A stretch of DNA of 63,995 nucleotides, the filler included, from an uncultured bacterium (GTDB taxonomy: Bacteria > DAOPZR01): the NCBI GenBank assembly GCA_964637655.1. It is 5 parts of 5 records of this genome, joined end to end, with 100 filler letters (N's around TTAATTAATTAA, not from the genome) between each part and the next. Parts side by side here need not be neighbours in the genome. Positions count along the whole stretch, not along the records: positions 13,201 to 26,222 come from CAZWUZ010000088.1; positions 26,323 to 39,330 come from CAZWUZ010000089.1; 3 more parts are not named here. One strand, given 5' to 3'. Numbering within the stretch: position 1 is the first letter of the stretch; the number at the start of each line of letters is the position of its first letter. This document shows positions 18,001-26,593 of the stretch, piece after piece. A program made the translations under genes and the position numbers. Under the pieces are notes generated by a model. It was given only the letters and a program-made list of their open reading frames with translations, ran no database searches and was not told the origin of the DNA.

Positions 18001-18335
18001 TAAACGCTATCAGAAAAAGAAGTTCCATTATCAGCTGTGTAGCATAAGCCACTAAACGTCCCAACCCACAGTCTTCCCTTGTGTATGGCTAAACTGTACA
18101 CCCAATTGTCAGGTAATCTATCGGCAGTAGTAAATGTTGTCCACGTCCCGGTAGCCTTGCTGTAGCGCTTGAGACCGCCGAAGGTGCCGTACCAGACGTA
18201 GTTCGCATCCGACGCCATCGCGTTGATGCGGCTTGTGTTTGTGTAGTTGGAGAAATCGGCAGCCTCAGCGATTGACATGCCTGCCACCAGCCAAACAAAT
18301 GACAGTAGAGTGAGTACGCCCCTAACTGAAAGCAA
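15087..18335 (-). CDS. Large secreted beta-propeller (BNR/Asp-box repeats) protein with Ig-like domains and a FlgD-type C-terminal domain
   Basis: TTG start after AGGGGG; signal peptide; repeated S-T-D-N-G-x-T-W; C-terminal PRVFTP, WDGRDEEGEYVANGAY. Confidence 0.85.
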   Translation of the reverse strand: MLSVRGVLTLLSFVWLVAGMSIAEAADFSNYTNTSRINAMASDANYVWYGTFGGLKRYSKATGTWTTFTTADRLPDNWVYSLAIHKGRLWVGTFSGLCYTADNGTSFSDSVYANHVITSLTASSDTLWVAAYGMAPATTGAIRWTDNNGGTWNNLAAQALFDKIYWAGDTLYAAPSPDDPGTFPNIGLFGTSNYGGTWIRNPVITSEVYSIARSGQTLVVATWGDGVYSSTDNGATWVHKNRIDGIGSDNVYDVAISPGYVWLACSDSPSGAGRGGISCSTDSGTTWTNDQFVNGLNNMFSVLIDGVRVWGGSAGGGISVSVDNGATWTTYTATNGVGDVQPNRAGVDWNLQGSINAYDVDVYSSIIWAACTPGGLSKSTDNGASWTTFTPENTAGKIPDTNCQAVLAGADGVFVGTASGMAKSTTGLTWDRVAALDGKNVRCIIQDGDTVYVGTTNGLYISRDKGTNWPVLRTVGNGLGSDSVNGVAAQGDTVWVATNNGVARSTNGGASFTNYLAGLPDVYVYDVAITMDTVWIATRGGVAKAAPPYTTWTTYTTANGFDTNNNYCLRIDGETVWVGSSSNGGVTYTSNDGASWRNIKTGSGLIENYIYGIDVDGNYVYFGAKNGICRYNKKSPEARISSPRHGAVLTAGNVAVLGSAIDYENISAWTLAYAAGKYPAQGAFTTIGSAGAANVSNSLLQAWDVSQLSAGNYTLRLRTSDGSNRNDEYIVVNIPQGGGVTFTAPAAGEEVGGIVDVTVTASDSDGVAQVEWQYSLDSTDGDNGAYIACVADSGSNPDTTTPYTFRWQTLPASGKDSMVWLRARLLDGAGFYSTWTKRVIAVNNQALDPAVQNTVTSTDRNGSLYLPPNALNAATVVTVTRMSAVSDPAPANITAIGVGYDLYPANTTLAKPGTLTMKWTAAEEVGYQPASFALYGWNTATSTWEKVGGTLNTAARTLTTAVTDFRQYAIMDDRSGAGAATAGLSRVNAQPRVFTPSGSGFSDHLDISFTLGAPEAVTIKAYALSGRMAREIVRNVTYPAGSNVVQWDGRDEEGEYVANGAYIISIAAGGTKETKLVYLMNK

Positions 18336-18383
18336 TTCATATCCCCCTTGACAAAACATAGCACCAATTATACAGTTGCCGTT

Positions 18384-18719
18384 ATGAAAAAGCAAGTGTC
18401 GCCATTTTGCATGTTGTTGCTATTTGTTGCGATACTTGTGGGGGGCTTGTTTTCCGCCCCTGTGCGAGCAATAAATCGCCAATCGTCGACAGTGAGAAAA
18501 GGAAAGTTCTATATCGGTGACGATAAGATTAACGCCGCAGATACGATGGTGTTTCAGTTGATGGACCTTTCGCTCTATAATTCAGTGTATGGACTAACTG
18601 CGACAGATTCCTCGTACCCCACATATGCCGCTATGGATATAGTTGACACTGGTACAAGTTATCACCGAATTGACGAAGAAGATATTTTTGATGTCGCGCG
18701 TAGATTTGGCGGACTATAG
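18384..18719 (+). CDS. Small low-GC hypothetical secreted protein
   Basis: MKK plus hydrophobic stretch and V-R-A cleavage-like site; fills the intergenic gap; no clear RBS. Confidence 0.45.
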   Translation: MKKQVSPFCMLLLFVAILVGGLFSAPVRAINRQSSTVRKGKFYIGDDKINAADTMVFQLMDLSLYNSVYGLTATDSSYPTYAAMDIVDTGTSYHRIDEEDIFDVARRFGGL

Positions 18720-19280
18720 CAGATCCCTCCCTCCGAGCAGCAGCGTCAGGGTGCGCCACATGATGCGCAGGTCCAGCCAGAGCGACTGCTCGCGCACGTA
18801 GCGCAGGTCGTATTCGATTTTCCGCTGCAGGTCGGACTCGGTGGCAGTGGCGCGATGCGAGACCTGCGCCAGTCCGGTGATGCCCGGCAGCACGCGCAAA
18901 CGCCCGTTGCGCAGTTCCGGATACTTGTCGTAGAAGTAGGCACGCTCCGGGCGCGGCCCGACCACGCTCATCTCTCCGCGCAGCACCGTTCCGAACTGCG
19001 GGAGCTCGTCGAGTCCGAAGCGCCGCAGCCAGCGCCCGACCCGGGTGATGCGCGGGTCGGCGGGCTGCGCCCAGCGCGGGGTGCCGTCCGCCTCAGCGTC
19101 CGCCTGCATGGTGCGGTACTTGCACAGGATGAACGGTTTTCCGTCTTTGCCGAGACGTTCCTGCCGGTAGAAGATACTCCCGCGCGATTCAAGCATAATG
19201 GCGAGCGCGATGAGCGGATGCAGCAGCGCCCAGACCATCAGCCCGCACGACGCGACGAAGAGGTCCAGCAGCCGTTTCAT
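18714..19280 (-). CDS. Bacterial sugar transferase (phosphoglycosyl transferase)
   Basis: KRLLD, KYRTM, DPRITRVGRWLR, LDELPQ, GEMSVVGPRPE, PGITGLAQV. Confidence 0.95.
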   Translation of the reverse strand: MKRLLDLFVASCGLMVWALLHPLIALAIMLESRGSIFYRQERLGKDGKPFILCKYRTMQADAEADGTPRWAQPADPRITRVGRWLRRFGLDELPQFGTVLRGEMSVVGPRPERAYFYDKYPELRNGRLRVLPGITGLAQVSHRATATESDLQRKIEYDLRYVREQSLWLDLRIMWRTLTLLLGGRDLL

Positions 19281-20431
19281 TGCCGGTCATGCTCCCAGTG
19301 CGGCGCAGTGCTGCCCGCCAGCGCGTGCAGCAGCCCGACGGTAAACGCCACATGCGTCAGCAGGCCATGCACCAGTGCCGCCGCCGCCGCCCGCACGGTG
19401 GTATACGTCCAGCCATAAAAGCGATTCTGCAGATCAAGCAGCAGTGCGGCTGGAAGCGCCAGCCACAGCAACAGCCACGACCCGTAGGGTGCAGCCAGCC
19501 GGAACAGGATGCCAAGGGTCAGCAACAGCAGCGGCAGCAGCAGCGGGGCACAGAGCCAGCGCAGAATTTTGTGCGACCAGAGGCAGAAACGCGCGCGCGG
19601 CGGCAGCGGCAGGTGCAGCAGCAGCGGCAGCATGGCAAAATTTGCCGCGGCGATGCGCACCTTGCGCCGGAACTCCGCATCGCTGCCGCTGCTCTCCTCC
19701 CGCGCCCGCGCCGCCGGCACATAGACCGCGCGGCCGCGCGGCAGCAGGCGCAGCGGGATGAGCAGGTCTTCCATCAGCAGGCCGTCCGGAAGCGGTGTCC
19801 AGTCGCGCAGGCGCAGCGCATGCAGCGCCCCGTTGGCACCGATAAGACACCCCTCCGCCCCCTCGCCGCGTTTCAGCACCTGTTCCCCGCGCCAGTACCA
19901 CGCCTCGCCGTTGTCGCCGCTGACGGTCAGTTCGCCGCAGGCACTCGTCACTGCCGGGGCGGCCAGCGCTTCCGCCAGCCGCCGCACCGCGTCGGGCTGC
20001 AGTGCGGTGTTGGCATCGGTGAAAACCACCACCGTCTCCGGCGGCATCGTCTTCTGCAGGTGCGCCAGCGCCGCGTTGAGGCCGGCACTCTTGCCCCCGC
20101 GCTGTGCCAAACACAGCAGTTCCGCCCGCCCGTCCGCGCGCACGCTGGCATCGCTGCCGTCGTCTGACGCATCGGAAACAAACAGCATGCTCAGCTTCTC
20201 CGCCGGGTAGTCGAGCGCACGGCAGTTCGCCAGTTTCGCCGGCAGCTGCGTCTGCTCGTTATGGTAGACACAGACCACCACCGCCGGCGGCAGGTCATCG
20301 GCCGGCAGCGCCAGCCATAACGGCTGCCGGCGCGACCAGCCCCGGCAGAGCAGCGGATAGCCGACATAGCACCAGAGCGGCACCGCCCACAACACCAGCG
20401 GCGCCAGCAGCAGCCAGATCATGACCGTCAC
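19277..20431 (-). CDS. Glycosyltransferase family 2
   Basis: HNE, SDASDDGS, GKSAGLN, FTDAN, GANGAL and EDL motifs; TM helices. Confidence 0.9.
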   Translation of the reverse strand: MTVMIWLLLAPLVLWAVPLWCYVGYPLLCRGWSRRQPLWLALPADDLPPAVVVCVYHNEQTQLPAKLANCRALDYPAEKLSMLFVSDASDDGSDASVRADGRAELLCLAQRGGKSAGLNAALAHLQKTMPPETVVVFTDANTALQPDAVRRLAEALAAPAVTSACGELTVSGDNGEAWYWRGEQVLKRGEGAEGCLIGANGALHALRLRDWTPLPDGLLMEDLLIPLRLLPRGRAVYVPAARAREESSGSDAEFRRKVRIAAANFAMLPLLLHLPLPPRARFCLWSHKILRWLCAPLLLPLLLLTLGILFRLAAPYGSWLLLWLALPAALLLDLQNRFYGWTYTTVRAAAAALVHGLLTHVAFTVGLLHALAGSTAPHWEHDRQ

Positions 20432-21747
20432 CGGCCCGACACCAGCGCGGGGAGGAAATGCGTCGCCGCGCGCCGCAGGCGATAGCGGCTGTCCGGATCG
20501 TCGCGCCACTGCCGCCACTGCTGCCGCCAGTACACCGGGCGGCAGTAGAATGCCCGCCGCGCCCGCGCACACCACTGTCGCGCTGTCGCCGCGTCGAACG
20601 GGGCTGCCGCCAGCGCGTTCCCCGGTTCCGGCAGCGGCGGGTAGAACTGCGCGGTGTCGAGCGGCAGCCGCCGCGCCCAGGCGATGGTCGCTTGCGTCTC
20701 GCGCGCCGTCTCCCCCGGCCAGCCGAGGATAAAACAGCCATGCACGCGGATGCCCGCATCCGCCGCCGCGCGCGCAAAGCGTTCCATCGTTGCCGCGTCA
20801 ACGCCCTTGTGCAGCGCACGCAGCGTGCGCGCGCTTTTGGCCTCGAAGCCGACCGTCAGCGAGGCGCAGCCGCTCGCCCTGAGCGGCGCCAGCCAGGCGG
20901 TATCGAGGTCAGCGCGCGCGTTTCCCGCCCAGCGCAGGCGCGGCGCGCGACGCGGTTTTTCCGCGCACCACTCCGTCAGCCACCCGGCATCAGCGGTAAA
21001 GGTCTCGTCCTCGAAAAAGACCGCGCGCACCTGCGGCCATTCCCGTTCCACCCACGCCAGTTCGTCGAGCACCTGCCCGACGCTGCGCCGCTCGCTCTCC
21101 CCGCCCGGCGCGCAGAAGGCGCAGCGCCAGTCGCAGCCGTAGCGCGTGCGCAGCGTCAGCACGGGATGCGGCGCGCAGGCGTAGAAATAGCGTTCCAGCG
21201 GCAGGCACTCCTGCGCCAGCGGCGCGACCTGCGGCCATTCCGCCGCCGCCAGCACCGCCGCCGGCGCCGGCAGCACGCGCAACCCCGCGCGCCAGCGCAG
21301 TTGCGGCATGCTTTCGCCCGTGCGCAGCCAGTGGCGCACGGGGAGCAGCGGCAGCCCGGAAACCACCGCGTCGAGCGCATCATGCGCCGGCGGGTCGCCA
21401 TCAAGACATTTGATGCTCAGAAAGAGATGGCGCGCGGTGAGCGCCCGTTCCTTGCACCGTGCCGCCGCGGCGATATCGTGCGCCAGCGACGGATAGGCCG
21501 CGGCAGCGATGAGCAGGTCGGGTTCCCAGCGATGCAGTTGCTCCGCCAGCACGGGCAGGGTTTTCTGCTCGGCCACCGCATCGACGACCAGCACCGTGTG
21601 CCCGTCGGCGCGCAGCCCCGCCGCGGTCAGCAGCAAATCATGCGGCATATAGAGCGTGCCGCTGCGCGGCACCGACGGCGAACGCGAGGCACGCGAATAG
21701 CCCGCCCGGTACGGCGGGTTGATGAGCGCGATGCGTTTTGTCTTCAT
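20428..21747 (-). CDS. B12-binding radical SAM protein (HpnJ-like)
   Basis: LINPP N-terminus; GCDWRCAFC; FFEDETFT; VGFE; GCFILGWPGET. Confidence 0.88.
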   Translation of the reverse strand: MKTKRIALINPPYRAGYSRASRSPSVPRSGTLYMPHDLLLTAAGLRADGHTVLVVDAVAEQKTLPVLAEQLHRWEPDLLIAAAAYPSLAHDIAAAARCKERALTARHLFLSIKCLDGDPPAHDALDAVVSGLPLLPVRHWLRTGESMPQLRWRAGLRVLPAPAAVLAAAEWPQVAPLAQECLPLERYFYACAPHPVLTLRTRYGCDWRCAFCAPGGESERRSVGQVLDELAWVEREWPQVRAVFFEDETFTADAGWLTEWCAEKPRRAPRLRWAGNARADLDTAWLAPLRASGCASLTVGFEAKSARTLRALHKGVDAATMERFARAAADAGIRVHGCFILGWPGETARETQATIAWARRLPLDTAQFYPPLPEPGNALAAAPFDAATARQWCARARRAFYCRPVYWRQQWRQWRDDPDSRYRLRRAATHFLPALVSGR

Positions 21748-21771
21748 CGCCGCCCGCCCGGAGCGTCGCAC

Positions 21772-21947
21772 ATGTTCACCGCAGAGCACGCAGAGAACGC
21801 AGAGCGCTCACGAATCGCCGGACATTTCTGCAGGTCATGCCCGTCAGCAGCGGGTATCGGTTGCTCTGCCGCATTTTCCAGCACTGCTCGCCTCTCCCCC
21901 GCTCGCCTGCTTTGCTCTGCGTGCTCTGTGTGCTCTGTGGTGAACAT
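21772..21947. repeat. MITE-like element bounded by inverted 9-nt-periodic repeat units
   Basis: ATGTTCACCGCAGAGCACGCAGAGAACGCAGAGC ... GCTCTGCGTGCTCTGTGTGCTCTGTGGTGAACAT. Confidence 0.8.
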
Positions 21948-21954
21948 TCCTGCC

Positions 21955-23133
21955 TCATCCATGGCAGGAACCACCGGCGGCGCGGTGCAGCACATCGAGC
22001 GTCGCGGCCGCCGCCTTCTCCCAGGTCAGGTGCGCCACCTGTTGCGGCCCGGCAGCGCGCAACTGCTGCTGCCTGTCCTTCTTCTGCACCGCCGCCAGCG
22101 CCGCCCCCCACGCTGCCGGCGTTTCTGCACACACCGCGACATACGCGTCGCCTGCCATTTCGGGAATGGCCCCGGCCGCCGAGGCGACGACGGGGAGGCC
22201 CGCCGCCAGCGCATCAAGTACGGGGAGCGAACACCCCTCGTCGCGGGTGGGCATGACCAGCGCGGTGGCCCCATGGTAGATGGCCGGCAGATCGTCACCA
22301 CGCACTGGCCCGGCGATGCGCACCTCGATGCCGGCGGCACTGCCCGCATTGAGCAGCGCCGCCTCGGCCAGCGCGTCGCGATTCCCCGAGAGCGCCAGCC
22401 AGGGAAGGCGCTGCGGCGGCGGGAGCGTCCCCGCCCCCGCCAGCGCCATGGCAAAGGTCTTGCGCGGGTCGAGCCCCCCGACGTAGAGCAAAAAGCGCGG
22501 CGGCAGCGCATAGCGTTCACGCACCGCGTCCAGTTCCGCCGCGTCGGGCGGCACCCGCATCGACGGGCGCGGTGCCTCGTGGATGACGGTGATACGTTCG
22601 GCAGGAATGCCCCAGCGCGCAACGATATCGTCGCGGGTCGCTCCCGACACGGCGATGAGCGCCGCAGCGCGGCGGCAGGCGCGGCGCATCGCCGCGCGAC
22701 GCAGGCGCTCGCGCAGGTCGGCAGGGTAGAGCGCGGGATACTTTTCCGGGATGAGGTCGTGCACCGTCACCACCGTCGGCAGTGGCTGATAGAGCGGCGC
22801 CTGCAGCTGGCTCGGGTACCACGCCACCTGCGCCCCCGCCGCAGCCAATGCGCGCGGCGCGCACCAATGGTCAGCAACAAACCCGTCGCGCAGGCGGGCA
22901 TCGTCGAGCCGGCGCACCGACGGCGGCAGCTGCCCGGGCGAAGTGCACTCCTTCTCCCCGCCCAGCAGGACCAGCGGCTCCGCCGGCGGCTGCGCGTACC
23001 ACGCACGCAGCAGCGAGCGCGTGTAGGTGCCGATGCCGCCATGCCCCTGCCGCTTGCAGTCCGCGGCCAGCACGCGCGCATCGATGCCGAGTACGGGGTC
23101 AGTCAAGACGTATCGCTCCGGTATCACCCTCAT
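21955..23133 (-). CDS. Glycosyltransferase family 4
   Basis: IDAR, GGIGTY, VTVHDLIP, YVGGLDPRK, EGCSLPVLDALAAGLPVV. Confidence 0.9.
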   Translation of the reverse strand: MRVIPERYVLTDPVLGIDARVLAADCKRQGHGGIGTYTRSLLRAWYAQPPAEPLVLLGGEKECTSPGQLPPSVRRLDDARLRDGFVADHWCAPRALAAAGAQVAWYPSQLQAPLYQPLPTVVTVHDLIPEKYPALYPADLRERLRRAAMRRACRRAAALIAVSGATRDDIVARWGIPAERITVIHEAPRPSMRVPPDAAELDAVRERYALPPRFLLYVGGLDPRKTFAMALAGAGTLPPPQRLPWLALSGNRDALAEAALLNAGSAAGIEVRIAGPVRGDDLPAIYHGATALVMPTRDEGCSLPVLDALAAGLPVVASAAGAIPEMAGDAYVAVCAETPAAWGAALAAVQKKDRQQQLRAAGPQQVAHLTWEKAAAATLDVLHRAAGGSCHG

Positions 23134-25417
23134 AGCGGGCAATCTCGAGATTGCGCTGTGCCGCAGCCAGCGCCGGCTGCAGGGCCAACGCCTGCCGGGC
23201 CGCGGCTTCCGCGTCACGCCAGCGCTGCGCGCGGATGTAGAGCGCGGCGAGGTCGGAATGGAACGCGGCATCGGTATCCGCACGCCCGCGCTCCGCTTCA
23301 AAAATGACCAGTGCCGCCGCATACTCATGCACCTGCACATAGCAGTCGGCGAGCGCCCGCCACGCCATGTGGTCATCCGGACGCTGGCTGAGGTAGCGCA
23401 GCAGCAGCACCACCGCGGCCGGGTACTCGCCGCGTGCCTGCGCGAGACCGGCCAGTTGCAGCGCGTAGAGCGGATGGTCGCCGTAGCGCGGCCCGCGCTG
23501 CAGTTCCGCCACCGCCGCCGCCTGCTCCCCCAGCCGCAGCAGCTGCCCGACCAGCGCCAGCCGCGCCGGGACATAGCCGGGGCGCAGGCGCAGCGCCTCG
23601 TGCAGCGCGCCCAGGTCGCCGGTACGCTGCCCGAGCCGCGTCAGCGCGACGAAATTGTCGCGGTCCGCAGCCAGCGCCGCGTGCAACGCCTCCAGCGCCT
23701 CGGGTGCCCGGTCGAGACGGAACAGGCAGTTGCTCAGTTCCGTCAGCACGCGGCTGTTGCGCGGATCTTCACCCAGCGCCGCCAGGTACCAGTCAACGGC
23801 GGCAGCATGGAGCCCCTGCGCCTGACAGGCATCACCGGCAAGCAGATACGGCCAGACGCGATAGGGTGATTCACGCACCGCGCGTTCGAGCGCGGCGCGA
23901 TACGCCACTTCGTCCGCGTAAAGTTCATCCGGGTCGAGCAGCGGCCACGGGCGTGCGTAGTACGGGACCGCAGGGTAGCGCGACCGCTGCGCGAAGATGA
24001 GCGTGACATCGTCGAAAAAGACCAGGCCCCAGCCGCTGTCCGTCGCCAGCGCCTGCGCCAGCGGCGCATACGGTCCCTCCGCGTAGGTGAACGGTTTGGC
24101 CTGCAGCACTGCCAGCCCGATGCCGTAGCGGGCGAACTCCTCGCGCCACCCCTCCCCCGCATTGACCCGGTGGTAGCGGCGGAACTGCTCCTCCCCGTGC
24201 ACGTCCCAGCGCCCGTCCATGTAGGGCGGGTTGTGCGGGTGCAGCGCCGTCAGCATCGTCCCGTACTGGTAGGTGGCAAATGTCGGCCCGGCGAGCGCCT
24301 GCTGCCGCAGGTGCTCAATGGCCGCGAGCGGGAACATCCGGTCGGCAAAGGTGAAACCGACGTCAGCGAGCAGGCCGAAACGGAAGAGCGGCAGCAGCAG
24401 TGCGGCGCCTGCGGCCAGCCAGAGCAGGGCCGGCGCGCGCCAGCGGTCGAGGTGACGCAGCCAGACACACACTGCCGCGGCATGCAGCGGCCAGCCGAAA
24501 ATGACCGCCAGCGGCAGGTAGCGGCGCGCCTTGACCGCGGCGAGAAAACCGAACAGCGCGAGCAGCAGCGCGAACCAGCGACGCTCACCGCGCACGCTCA
24601 GCGCCGCCACCGTCAGCAGAGTGCCGAACAGTCCGCAAAACACCAGTTGCTCGTCCGCCGGCAGCGGCATCCACTCGTAGACCAGCCGCTGGAACTCGGT
24701 GTAGGACCCGATGGCCGCCGCCATCGACCAGAGCCGCCAGCCGTACGGATTGCATAGCGTCAGCAGCAGTGCGAGCAGCGTCAGCAGCGCCGGGCGGCGC
24801 GCCGCGCGCCAGCCACCCGTGTCGAGTACGCGGCAAACGGCATACAGGCCGAGCAGCGCCACCCCGATGAGCACATCACCGTGGATATTCGCCCAGAGCG
24901 GAAAGAGCAACAGCGGCCACCAGCCGCGCTGCCCGCGCTGCAGCCAGGCGAGCAGCACCGCCAGCAGCAGCAGCGAGACCCAGTGCGGACGCACGGAGAA
25001 ACGCGACTTCATCAGCAGGAAGCCGGGAAGCAGGTAGAGCAGCAGCAGCGGCAGGCGCGCCATGGTGAAGGGGGCGCCACGCAGCGTGCCATACAGCAGC
25101 GCCGCCAGCGTGCCGCCGACCAGCAGCGCGTTGAGCAGGTTGAGCGCCGGAAGTCCCGCCGCCTGCATCAGCAGGTGCGCCACGACCGCAAAGAGCCATT
25201 CGTGGTAGACCCACGGCTGTCCTTCGCGCGTGCAGGTGTAGATATCGGTGTGGGGAATACCCTGCTGCAGGATGAGTTCGCCGCTCTTGAGATGCAGCCA
25301 GATGTCGAATTCGGCGATCGGGGTGATAGCTGCGACCGTGAGAACCGCCATGACCAGCGTCAGCAGCGCGCCTTCAAGCACGCGCTGCACGCGCAGCGGC
25401 GGCTGCAATAGCGTCAT
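23099..25417 (-). CDS. Polytopic membrane protein (GT-C-like) with C-terminal TPR repeats
   Basis: DIWLHLKSGE..HEWL, RPH, WANIHG, NPYG and EW motifs; many TM helices; TPR-like helical repeats. Confidence 0.7.
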   Translation of the reverse strand: MTLLQPPLRVQRVLEGALLTLVMAVLTVAAITPIAEFDIWLHLKSGELILQQGIPHTDIYTCTREGQPWVYHEWLFAVVAHLLMQAAGLPALNLLNALLVGGTLAALLYGTLRGAPFTMARLPLLLLYLLPGFLLMKSRFSVRPHWVSLLLLAVLLAWLQRGQRGWWPLLLFPLWANIHGDVLIGVALLGLYAVCRVLDTGGWRAARRPALLTLLALLLTLCNPYGWRLWSMAAAIGSYTEFQRLVYEWMPLPADEQLVFCGLFGTLLTVAALSVRGERRWFALLLALFGFLAAVKARRYLPLAVIFGWPLHAAAVCVWLRHLDRWRAPALLWLAAGAALLLPLFRFGLLADVGFTFADRMFPLAAIEHLRQQALAGPTFATYQYGTMLTALHPHNPPYMDGRWDVHGEEQFRRYHRVNAGEGWREEFARYGIGLAVLQAKPFTYAEGPYAPLAQALATDSGWGLVFFDDVTLIFAQRSRYPAVPYYARPWPLLDPDELYADEVAYRAALERAVRESPYRVWPYLLAGDACQAQGLHAAAVDWYLAALGEDPRNSRVLTELSNCLFRLDRAPEALEALHAALAADRDNFVALTRLGQRTGDLGALHEALRLRPGYVPARLALVGQLLRLGEQAAAVAELQRGPRYGDHPLYALQLAGLAQARGEYPAAVVLLLRYLSQRPDDHMAWRALADCYVQVHEYAAALVIFEAERGRADTDAAFHSDLAALYIRAQRWRDAEAAARQALALQPALAAAQRNLEIARYEGDTGAIRLD

Positions 25418-25490
25418 CGTTCACTCCACCCCCGTACCGCAGGATGGTTTCAGTATACTATGCGGAAGCGGCCGCGGCAAAACACGCGGC

Positions 25491-26222
25491 TCAGGACCAC
25501 CCGGGGATTTCCCACCATTCCTGCCAGTAAACGAACTGCACGGGGGTCTCGTCGTATTCGGAGGTCAGTTTGATATAGCACTCAATGACCGCCTCGCCCG
25601 CCTCGTCCGAGGTGACGACCCCGGACCCTACCGATACCCCGCGCGCGACAATGCGGTAGTAGCCGTGCGAGTCAAAACGGACAGCCGCCGGCAGGACGCC
25701 CGGACCGATGCCTCCCGCCGTGATCACCGCGTCGACTGCCGCCACATCCGCGAACGGGTTGCTGTTGCGGGCATTGACCAGCGCGGTAATCTGGTTGTTA
25801 TTGAGGCAGTCGGAGCCGCTGGTGGTGCGTACCGCGCGCAGCACGCGTGCGCTGGCACTATTGATGTTGATCTTGCCGGTCTGGTCGTAATTCCCCGCCG
25901 GGCCTGCATAATTCGGGTAGACGGTCAGGAAACTCTTGTTGAGAAACATCGTCGGGCCGCCGATTTCGCTTCCCAGCGCAAGGTCGCCGATGGTGCGATA
26001 TATGGTGTCCTGTAGTTCTGACGCTTGCGCCGGGGTCATGTCCGTAGTCGGGACATTTTTCCCCGCCAGTTGCGCCATCATTTCAAATGTCGCCTCGGGA
26101 AGGAAGCTATTGCTGTTGACATTGAACTTGCCGCTCTCGTCCTGCACCGCCACCTGGAAGTAGCCATTATCAAGGGTGTTCTTGGTGGTGCTCTGGCTCG
26201 GCATGTAATACTTGCAGGAGTG
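25491..26222 (-). CDS. GspK-like type II secretion pseudopilin, C-terminal part (5' end cut by contig)
   Basis: VQDESGKFNVN and GKININSAS..VL motifs. Confidence 0.6.
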   Translation of the reverse strand, partial: HSCKYYMPSQSTTKNTLDNGYFQVAVQDESGKFNVNSNSFLPEATFEMMAQLAGKNVPTTDMTPAQASELQDTIYRTIGDLALGSEIGGPTMFLNKSFLTVYPNYAGPAGNYDQTGKININSASARVLRAVRTTSGSDCLNNNQITALVNARNSNPFADVAAVDAVITAGGIGPGVLPAAVRFDSHGYYRIVARGVSVGSGVVTSDEAGEAVIECYIKLTSEYDETPVQFVYWQEWWEIPGWS

Positions 26223-26322
26223 NNNNNNNNNNNNNNNNNNNNNNNNNNNNNNNNNNNNNNNNNNNNTTAATTAATTAANNNNNNNNNNNNNNNNNNNNNN
26301 NNNNNNNNNNNNNNNNNNNNNN
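26223..26322. other. Artificial contig linker
   Basis: N-run with TTAATTAATTAA. Confidence 0.99.
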
Positions 26323-26592
26323 CCCGCGGACCTGATTCCGCTCTGCCACCCGCTGCCGCTGACCGGCATCGAACACGCCATCGTGCCGCAGGGGGGTGAC
26401 GCGCTGATCATCACCGCCACGGTCACGGTGACTGACCGCACGGGGGTCGAGATGGAGGCGCTGACCGCGGTGAGCGTGGCGGCACTGACGGTCTACGACA
26501 TGGCCAAGGCAATCGACCGCGGCATGACCATCACGGATATCGGTCTGCTGACCAAGAGCGGCGGCCGCAGCGGCAGCTGGCGGCGGCGCTGA
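26323..26592 (+). CDS. moaC: Cyclic pyranopterin monophosphate synthase (5' end truncated)
   Basis: [29 protein letters not shown]. Confidence 0.95.
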   Translation, partial: PADLIPLCHPLPLTGIEHAIVPQGGDALIITATVTVTDRTGVEMEALTAVSVAALTVYDMAKAIDRGMTITDIGLLTKSGGRSGSWRRR

Positions 26593-26593
26593 C

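Noticed and set aside
15087..18335. Diversity-generating retroelement target
   Set aside because: No reverse transcriptase and no adenine-specific TR/VR pair visible.
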